A stretch of 32,000 nucleotides of DNA from NCBI RefSeq assembly GCF_000284455.1, contig NC_017039.1, forward strand, positions 2,010,001-2,042,000, written 5' to 3'. Made by a program: the position numbers and the translations under genes. Each line of letters begins with the position of its first letter. Position 1 is the stretch's first letter. Source of the stretch: Synechocystis sp. PCC 6803 substr. PCC-P (GTDB taxonomy: Bacteria > Cyanobacteriota > Cyanobacteriia > Cyanobacteriales > Microcystaceae). The notes beneath the pieces are model-generated. The model worked only from the letters and a program-made list of their open reading frames with translations. It made no database searches and was not told where the DNA came from. Below, piece by piece: positions 25,939-32,000 of the stretch.

Positions 25939-27555
25939 TTAGGTGGTAAAAGTCCTATCTTTAATGCTTTGATCAGATAAATCTTGCCAACCGAATAATC
26001 GGCCAATGGCGATCGCCTGGGCTTGGGGCATTTGGCCATGGGAAAAGGCCCAGGGTAAATGGGGGCAGAGTTCCGCCATCTGGGTTTGGAACCAATCTAA
26101 AACGTAGGGACTGCCGTAGACGATTAATCCCTGTAAGGATGGATGGGTTAAACATTGGCGATACAGCGCTTGGGTTGCAGATGTTAAACCCGCAGTGCCC
26201 CGGAAGGGATTGCCCCGAATAAATACCTGGAGTAAAAATGGATTTTGACCAAGGGGATAGTGTTCCAACAATTCTGGAGTGAGGATTTTGACTGTGTATC
26301 CTCCTTTCACCGGCAAAGTTAGAGCAGGACAAGCCCGGTCAAGGAAATCGGCGGTAAGTAAATCATCCACAATAACTAAATTTTTTCCCGGTTGATCGCC
26401 TAGGTTGGCAATGGGCAAATCTCCCTCGCTTTGCAGTGCTGCAGTGAGAATTTGATCCACTAATTTGCGGCCGGGCCCAGTTTGTAAATTAATGGTGAAA
26501 TTGTTCGGATCAGGGGCGGGGGCTAATTTTTCCTTGGCAGTTAATACCCGTTGCAAAGATTGTTCAATTCTCTCCTCCGTTAAACGACCCGATTCCACCG
26601 CCTCGGCGATCGCCGCAATCACAGTTACTGGATCTGGTGGCATTAAGAGAATATCCACCCCTGCTTCCAAAGCCCGTACCGCCACTTCCCTAGGGCTAGC
26701 AATGTCCGTAATTCCCCCCATAATCAGCGCATCGGTGACAATGATGCCGTCAAAACCGAGTTTTTGTCTTAATTGTCCAGTCAAAATGGCCGGGGATAAA
26801 GTTGCCGGATTACTATCGTCCCAAGCAGGGACAAGAATATGGGCAGTCATCACACTATCCACCCCTTGGGCGATCGCCTGCTGAAAAGGAAGCAACTCTA
26901 AGGTTTCCAGTCGGTCGATGGGGTGGGGAATAACGGGCAAATGTAAATGGGAATCGGTGCTAGTGTCCCCATGGCCAGGGAAGTGTTTAGCAGAATTTAG
27001 CACAGGAAATTGCTGGGTTCCCGTAATAAATTCCCGCACTAAAGTCCCCACAATCTCCGGGGTTTCCCCAAAGGCCCGCACATTAATTACTGGATTGTTA
27101 GGATTATTATTCACATCGGCGATCGGGGCCAAAATCCAATTCAAGCCCACCGCTAGGGCCTCCTGGGCAATCACTTCCCCCATCTGCTTGGCATATTGTT
27201 GAGCCAAGTCTAAATCTTGCTCGGCAATGCTGCCTAAAGCCATGGGAGGGGGAAACCAAGTGGCACCGGAGAATCTCTGCCCCACCCCCTCCTCAATGTC
27301 AGCGGCTAAAAGTAATGGCGTCGGAGCCCAACTTTGTAACTGAGCAGTGCGTAAAGCTAATTCAGCCCCACTGCCCCCTAAGAGAATTACCCCGCCCAAA
27401 TTAAGGTTTGCTAACCAATTCTGCAGAGTTTGATTGGGAGCTTCCCAAGCAGGGTAACGAATTTGATGGTCAAACAAAAATCCTGAGGCCCGCACCACAA
27501 TTAATTGGCCGATTTTTTCTCGTAAAGTCCAATTGCCGGGGTTGATGGCCGCCAT
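25939..27555 (-). CDS. nagZ: Glycoside hydrolase family 3 beta-N-acetylhexosaminidase (NagZ-like) with an extra C-terminal domain
   Basis: It has the GH3 motifs KHFPGHGDTSTDSHLHLP and IIVTDALIMGG. It is 538 aa. Confidence 0.8.
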   Translation of the reverse strand: MAAINPGNWTLREKIGQLIVVRASGFLFDHQIRYPAWEAPNQTLQNWLANLNLGGVILLGGSGAELALRTAQLQSWAPTPLLLAADIEEGVGQRFSGATWFPPPMALGSIAEQDLDLAQQYAKQMGEVIAQEALAVGLNWILAPIADVNNNPNNPVINVRAFGETPEIVGTLVREFITGTQQFPVLNSAKHFPGHGDTSTDSHLHLPVIPHPIDRLETLELLPFQQAIAQGVDSVMTAHILVPAWDDSNPATLSPAILTGQLRQKLGFDGIIVTDALIMGGITDIASPREVAVRALEAGVDILLMPPDPVTVIAAIAEAVESGRLTEERIEQSLQRVLTAKEKLAPAPDPNNFTINLQTGPGRKLVDQILTAALQSEGDLPIANLGDQPGKNLVIVDDLLTADFLDRACPALTLPVKGGYTVKILTPELLEHYPLGQNPFLLQVFIRGNPFRGTAGLTSATQALYRQCLTHPSLQGLIVYGSPYVLDWFQTQMAELCPHLPWAFSHGQMPQAQAIAIGRLFGWQDLSDQSIKDRTFTT

Positions 27556-27671
27556 AATTTTCGCTTTGCTTATTGTTAAAATACTAAATAGTTAAAAATC
27601 AATTTCTAGTTGGGTCAAGCTTAACGAATTTAGTTTCATTGATTGCCAAAAAAAACTGATTTTAGTAATCA

Positions 27672-28091
27672 TTAAATGGACATAAAACGTTGCTGATAAT
27701 CTTCCAAAAGTAGCTTGGTAAAACTATTAAGGGGAAAATCCAATGCTTCTAGGGGAGTGACCCATTCCCATTCAACAATTTCCTCATTGGGAATCACCTG
27801 AGTGGACTCACAACGGGCGTAGTAGTTTAATAAAACAAAATGGGCTGGGCAATGGAACTGTTCATCATTCACCGCTTCCTGTACCAAAGCAAACTTTATT
27901 TCCCGTAGATCTAACCCCACTTCTTCTTGGAATTCCCGTTTTAGGGCCGCTTCTAATGTTTCTCCCCATTCCACCTTTCCCCCAGGCACCCCCCAGGTGC
28001 CCCGCCATTTGGTGGTTTTGACAATTAAAACTCGGCCGTCGGGGGCAGTAACCAGCGCACCAACCGTAGCTAAGGGAAATTGGGGAGGCAT
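27672..28091 (-). CDS. NUDIX hydrolase
   Basis: It has the Nudix box GGKVEWGETLEAALKREFQEEVGL. It is 139 aa and is divergent from folB. Confidence 0.88.
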   Translation of the reverse strand: MPPQFPLATVGALVTAPDGRVLIVKTTKWRGTWGVPGGKVEWGETLEAALKREFQEEVGLDLREIKFALVQEAVNDEQFHCPAHFVLLNYYARCESTQVIPNEEIVEWEWVTPLEALDFPLNSFTKLLLEDYQQRFMSI

Positions 28092-28201
28092 GGCAGGGAA
28101 AAATTATGGCAATTTTTGACGGGGTGATCATACCATGGTTAGCTGGGGAACTTGTTGTTCTTAGTTCAATATCTGGTAGTCAGCTAGTACTTAATCAATT
28201 T

Positions 28202-28558
28202 ATGGATACGTTAAACGTTAAGGGAATTCGAGCCTATGGTTACACTGGCTACTTCGATGCAGAACAGTTTTTAGGGCAATGGTTTGAGGTTGATCTCACC
28301 ATCTGGATCGATTTGGCCAAGGCTGGGCAGAGCGATGACCTAAACGATACCCTCAACTATGCGGATGCGGTGGCGATCGTGCAAAAGCTCATCCGTGAGT
28401 CCAAGTTTAAAATGATTGAAAAACTGGCCGAGGCGATCGCCGATGCCATTTTAGGAACAGGCAAAACCCAGCAAGTAAAAGTGGCCCTGACTAAGTGCCA
28501 GGCTCCCATTCCAGATTTTGACGGGGATGTGACCCTAGAAATTCTTCGGAGTCGTTAG
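28202..28558 (+). CDS. folB: Dihydroneopterin aldolase
   Basis: The sequence IRAYGYTGYFDAEQFLGQWFEVDLTIW...NYADAV...KMIEKLAE fits FolB, at 118 aa from the ATG at 28202. The 32-codon extension in the track is hydrophobic and has no homolog-like features. Confidence 0.85.
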   Translation: MDTLNVKGIRAYGYTGYFDAEQFLGQWFEVDLTIWIDLAKAGQSDDLNDTLNYADAVAIVQKLIRESKFKMIEKLAEAIADAILGTGKTQQVKVALTKCQAPIPDFDGDVTLEILRSR

Positions 28559-28577
28559 ATTATTTAAGGTGTTAACC

Positions 28578-29189
28578 ATGGGTTGGTCTAACATACTCAG
28601 TTTGTTTGGGGCGATGTTGATCCTAGCGGCTCTTCCCAGCTTGAGTGTGTTAACCGTTTCGAGTAAAAGTGCCAGTGGTGGTTTTATTCATGGCTTATTT
28701 GCGGCCCTTGGCGTTGTTTTAGGCGATATTATTTTTATTCTCATTGCTCTCTGGGGTTTAGCTTTTTTACGGGGGGCAATGGGCGATTTTTTTGTCATTC
28801 TTAAATATATCAGCGGCATTTATTTAAGTTGGCTGGGAATTAACACTATCCGAGCCAAAGTTAACAATCAAAGTCTGGCCAAGGTAGATGTCAAATCCCT
28901 CTCTTCTAGTTTTTCCGCCGGATTGCTCATAACTTTAGCCGATCAAAAAGCTGTCCTGTTTTACCTGGGCTTTTTACCCACTTTTGTTGATGTCAATAAT
29001 ATTGCCTATCTTGATATCGCAGTCATAATCTTAACCGCCATTCTGACGGTGGGAGGTGTAAAAATATTTTATGCTTTTCTTGCCCACCGCTCAGGGCTAT
29101 TAATCAGTAGACAAAATAAACGGATAATGAATTATTTAGCCGGCGCTCTAATGATTTCCGTTGGTGTATTTTTGCTTATTTCAAGCTAG
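28578..29189 (+). CDS. LysE/RhtB-family amino-acid exporter
   Basis: It is about 200 aa with six hydrophobic segments and the LysE-type N-terminus (LILAALPSLSVLTV). The ATG at 28578 is preferred and the GTG at 28569 is an alternative. Confidence 0.75.
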   Translation: MGWSNILSLFGAMLILAALPSLSVLTVSSKSASGGFIHGLFAALGVVLGDIIFILIALWGLAFLRGAMGDFFVILKYISGIYLSWLGINTIRAKVNNQSLAKVDVKSLSSSFSAGLLITLADQKAVLFYLGFLPTFVDVNNIAYLDIAVIILTAILTVGGVKIFYAFLAHRSGLLISRQNKRIMNYLAGALMISVGVFLLISS

Positions 29190-29220
29190 CGAAGGTCAAT
29201 CAATTGGGTAAATTCCATAC

Positions 29221-29262
29221 AAAAAAGTGACCGCCATCTCCACTACCAGGAAAATGGCGATC
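29221..29262 (-). terminator. Candidate Rho-independent terminator of moeB
   Basis: On the minus-strand RNA, GAUCGCCAU (29262-29254) pairs with AUGGCGGUC (29237-29229). That gives 9 bp including one G-U pair, with a 16-nt loop. An AC then U6 tract follows (29221-29226 are A6 on the plus strand). It lies 46 nt past the moeB stop. Confidence 0.5.
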
Positions 29263-29307
29263 GCCAATATGATCAACGTGATCAACAACTATTAGGAAAA
29301 CAAAAGT

Positions 29308-30486
29308 TTAGTATTCGGTCACGCTGGGATCCACTTCCCGACTCCAAGCAGTGATACCCCCTTTAACATTGATGCCTTCAATGCCGGCCTCTTTAAGCAG
29401 AGATAAAGCTTTGGTGGAACGCCCCCCCAATTTGCAATGGGCGATCAAAATGCCCTCGTGGCCGTCTAGCAATTCTTTGACCTTGTCAATGCCATGGCCT
29501 TCTTCAATGTCCGGCAGAGGCACTAGTACGGAGCCAGGGATCCGGGCAATATCATATTCATTGGGATTACGAACATCTAAGAGGATAAAGTCTTTTTCTT
29601 GACTTTCCATCAAGGCATGCAACTCTCGTACTGTCATTTCCGACAGAGCAGAGGCCTGTTCTGCTTCAGCGGCTTTGGCCTGGGGAATGCCGCAAAACTG
29701 ATCATAATCGATTAATTTTTCAATGACCGGCCGCACAGGATTGGGGCGCAGTTTCAATTCCCGGAATTTCATATCCCAGGCGTTGAACAGCAGCAGACGA
29801 CCGCTGAGGGTGTTGGGGGCTCCCAAAATGATTTTTAGTGCTTCCGTTGCCTGAATCGTACCCACGATGCCCGGTAATATACCTAAAACTCCCCCCTCGG
29901 AACAGGAAGGTACCATCCCCGGCGGTGGCGGTTCTGGATAGAGGTCACGGTAGTTTGGCCCCCCTTGGTAGTTAAACACCGTAGCTTGTCCCTCAAAACG
30001 GAAAATGGAGCCGTAAACGTTGGGCTTATTCAACAGCACACAGGCATCGTTGGTTAGATAACGGGTGGGAAAATTGTCCGTACCATCGATGACAATGTCG
30101 TAGGGGGCAATGATGTCTAGAGCATTGGCGGAGGAAATCTGGGTTTCGTAGAGGTCCACCTGACAGAAAGGATTAATTTCCATAATGCTCTGCTTGGCAG
30201 ACTCGATTTTGGGCTTGCCTACCCAGGAAGTGCCGTGGATGATTTGCCGTTGCAGGTTGGAAGTATCAACAATGTCAAAATCCACCAAACCGATCCGTCC
30301 TACCCCCGCTGCAGCCAGATAGAGTAGCAATGGGGCACCTAGACCCCCGGAACCAATGCACAGGACACTGGCGGCCTTGATACGTTTTTGGCCGTCGAGC
30401 CCCACCTCCGGCAAAATAATGTGGCGGGAATACCGTTGGTAGTCGTCTTGGGAGAGTTCAATCTCTGCTAGGTTTGGGTTAAGCAT
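29308..30486 (-). CDS. moeB: MoeB/ThiF-type adenylyltransferase fused to a C-terminal rhodanese domain (MoeZ-like)
   Basis: It has the nucleotide-binding motif VLCIGSGGLGAPLLLYLAAAGVG, the E1-like core, and a rhodanese active-site loop HCKLGGRS. It is 392 aa. Confidence 0.9.
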   Translation of the reverse strand: MLNPNLAEIELSQDDYQRYSRHIILPEVGLDGQKRIKAASVLCIGSGGLGAPLLLYLAAAGVGRIGLVDFDIVDTSNLQRQIIHGTSWVGKPKIESAKQSIMEINPFCQVDLYETQISSANALDIIAPYDIVIDGTDNFPTRYLTNDACVLLNKPNVYGSIFRFEGQATVFNYQGGPNYRDLYPEPPPPGMVPSCSEGGVLGILPGIVGTIQATEALKIILGAPNTLSGRLLLFNAWDMKFRELKLRPNPVRPVIEKLIDYDQFCGIPQAKAAEAEQASALSEMTVRELHALMESQEKDFILLDVRNPNEYDIARIPGSVLVPLPDIEEGHGIDKVKELLDGHEGILIAHCKLGGRSTKALSLLKEAGIEGINVKGGITAWSREVDPSVTEY

Positions 30487-30621
30487 TGCTGTTGTTCACG
30501 GAAAATCATCGTCGGGACTATGGCCGCAACGAACCTATCATTTTAGTCTTTTTGGCGGCGGCACTACCATGGTTTTGGTGTGAAGATTGTTAAATAGAAT
30601 TCTTATTTTTGCTTAAACAAT

Positions 30622-31026
30622 ATGGCTACTCTCCAGGATTCCCGGGATAAGAATGTGTTGGGCGGTGACCTCAAATGTTGCTGTAAGTCACCGTTGACGG
30701 GCTTTTACCGTAATGGTTATTGCCAAACGGGGCCGACGGATTTCGGCCGCCATGTGGTTTGTGCCCAGGTGACAGCGGAATTTTTAGAGTTTTCCAAAGC
30801 CCGGGGCAATGATCTTTCCACACCCCAACCGGCTTACCAATTTCCCGGATTAAAACCAGGGGATAAATGGTGTTTATGTGCGGCCCGCTGGCAGGAAGCA
30901 AAGGATGCGGGCATGGCTCCGCTGGTGGATTTAAGTGCCACCCATGTTTCTGCGTTGGAGGTGATCAATTTGGATGCATTGATTCCCCATGCGTTGCCAG
31001 GACAATTTTCACCGGAAGAAGAATAG
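30622..31026 (+). CDS. DUF2237-family Cys-rich protein
   Basis: The sequence NVLGGDLKCCCKSPLTGFYRNGYCQTGPTDFGRHVVCAQVT...KWCLCAARW matches my memory of DUF2237. It is 134 aa. Confidence 0.7.
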   Translation: MATLQDSRDKNVLGGDLKCCCKSPLTGFYRNGYCQTGPTDFGRHVVCAQVTAEFLEFSKARGNDLSTPQPAYQFPGLKPGDKWCLCAARWQEAKDAGMAPLVDLSATHVSALEVINLDALIPHALPGQFSPEEE

Positions 31027-32000
31027 ATGATTGACCAAATTATTGATGAAGTTACGGATTCAGATCCCTATCAAGAATTGTTGGTAACGGCCGATGGCGT
31101 TGCCGAAGGCACACTGGGTGTCCGCCTGGATAAATGGTTGGCGGAACAGCTACCAGAGTTGTCCCGTTCCCGTTGTCAAAAATTGATTGAGTCGGGGCAG
31201 GTGCAACGCAATGGGTTAGTTTGTCAGGATAAAAACTTGATCCTCAAAACTGGCGATCGCCTGGTGGTTAATATTCCTGAGTTGATTCCTTTGGATGTGG
31301 TGGCCCAGAATATTCCCTTGGATATTTTGTATGAGGATGAACAGTTAATTATCATCAACAAGCCAGCGGGATTGGTGGTGCATCCCGGCCCTGGTCATCC
31401 CGACGGCACAGTGGTTAATGCTTTGTTGGCCCATTGTCCCGATTTGGCTGGCATTGGCGGCGTGCAAAGACCGGGCATTGTCCACCGTTTGGATAAAGAC
31501 ACCACTGGAGCGATGGTGGTGGCCAAAACTGAATTAGCACTGCATAACCTACAGGTTCAACTCAAGGAGAAAACTGCTCGCCGTCTGTATTGGGGCATTG
31601 TTTATGGATCTCCAAAGGAAATTCAAGGCACGGTCAATCTCCCCGTGGGCCGTCATCCCGGCGATCGCCAGAAAATGGGTATTGTCCCGGTGGAAAAAGG
31701 GGGTCGGGAAGCGGTTACCCATTGGCGACTGTTGGAAAGGATTGGGAACCACAGTTGGTTGGAATTTCAGCTAGAAACGGGCCGTACCCACCAAATTCGG
31801 GTACACAGTAAGCAAATGGGCCATCCTTTGGTAGGGGATAATCTCTACACTTCCCCTGGCAGTGTCAACGTCAACCTGCCCGGCCAAGCCCTCCATGCCC
31901 ACCAGCTTTCCCTCATCCATCCGGTGAGCGGAGAAATAATTACGGCGATCGCCCCTATGCCAGCCCATTTTGAAAAGCTGTTGGTTTATTTGCGGCAAAG
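31027..32000 (+). CDS. rluD: RluA-family 23S rRNA pseudouridine synthase (RluD-like), 3' end outside the window; not in the supplied ORF track
   Basis: By hand translation, the ATG at 31027 (immediately after the DUF2237 stop) stays open to the window end. It shows an S4 domain (RLDKWLAEQLPELSRSRCQKLIESGQVQRNG), the catalytic motif HRLDKDTTGAMVVAK, and GRTHQIRVH. Confidence 0.9.
   Translation, partial: MIDQIIDEVTDSDPYQELLVTADGVAEGTLGVRLDKWLAEQLPELSRSRCQKLIESGQVQRNGLVCQDKNLILKTGDRLVVNIPELIPLDVVAQNIPLDILYEDEQLIIINKPAGLVVHPGPGHPDGTVVNALLAHCPDLAGIGGVQRPGIVHRLDKDTTGAMVVAKTELALHNLQVQLKEKTARRLYWGIVYGSPKEIQGTVNLPVGRHPGDRQKMGIVPVEKGGREAVTHWRLLERIGNHSWLEFQLETGRTHQIRVHSKQMGHPLVGDNLYTSPGSVNVNLPGQALHAHQLSLIHPVSGEIITAIAPMPAHFEKLLVYLRQ

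Noticed and set aside
28106-28201. A 32-codon N-terminal extension of folB in the ORF track
   Set aside because: The hydrophobic extension is not found in FolB proteins and would leave only 14 nt to the divergent NUDIX start. The ATG at 28202 gives the canonical ~118-aa FolB.
1-32000. HIP1 palindromes as a possible CRISPR or other structured array, plus a search for tRNA, rRNA, IS and integrase genes
   Set aside because: HIP1 copies are 8-bp palindromes irregularly spaced at about kb intervals, mostly inside genes. They lack the repeat-spacer periodicity of a CRISPR array. No intergenic segment has tRNA-like T-arm or anticodon architecture or rRNA similarity. No ORF has transposase, integrase or reverse-transcriptase motifs, including around the AT-rich island.

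Overview
The window reads as a cyanobacterial chromosome segment, almost certainly Synechocystis sp. PCC 6803 or a very close relative. This identification is from memory of protein sequences, not from a search. The evidence is about 30 copies of the HIP1 palindrome GCGATCGC and several recognisable genes: the arsBHC arsenic operon followed by rpaB, natD, ispD, class I FBPase, sucrose-phosphate phosphatase, cysS, apocarotenoid oxygenase, clpS, ppa, ndhM, folB and moeB. Nearly all of the window is densely packed housekeeping genes on both strands. I found no rRNA, tRNA, CRISPR array, transposase or integrase. One real gene, rluD, is missing from the ORF track because it runs off the 3' end (31027 onward). 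Several track ORFs carry spurious N-terminal extensions from TTG or GTG starts, and I give corrected starts for them. The best candidate for something undescribed is a minus-strand three-gene operon at 7879-10063. It encodes a coiled-coil J-domain protein, a TPR protein of about 8 repeats, and a 128-aa helical protein. The two distal genes form a sharply AT-rich, HIP1-free block wedged between oppositely oriented core genes. Other observations:
- A diverged MITE-like element of about 115 nt with alternative G-run/C-run hairpins. One copy lies inside the ars operon and one, inverted, downstream of fbp.
- An HLR1-like (RpaB box) direct repeat in the aco/clpS divergent promoter.
- A DKPR-repeat extension on an RlmB-like methyltransferase.
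- A second low-GC gene with a strong internal SD plus GTG.
- A divergent NUDIX-folB pair.
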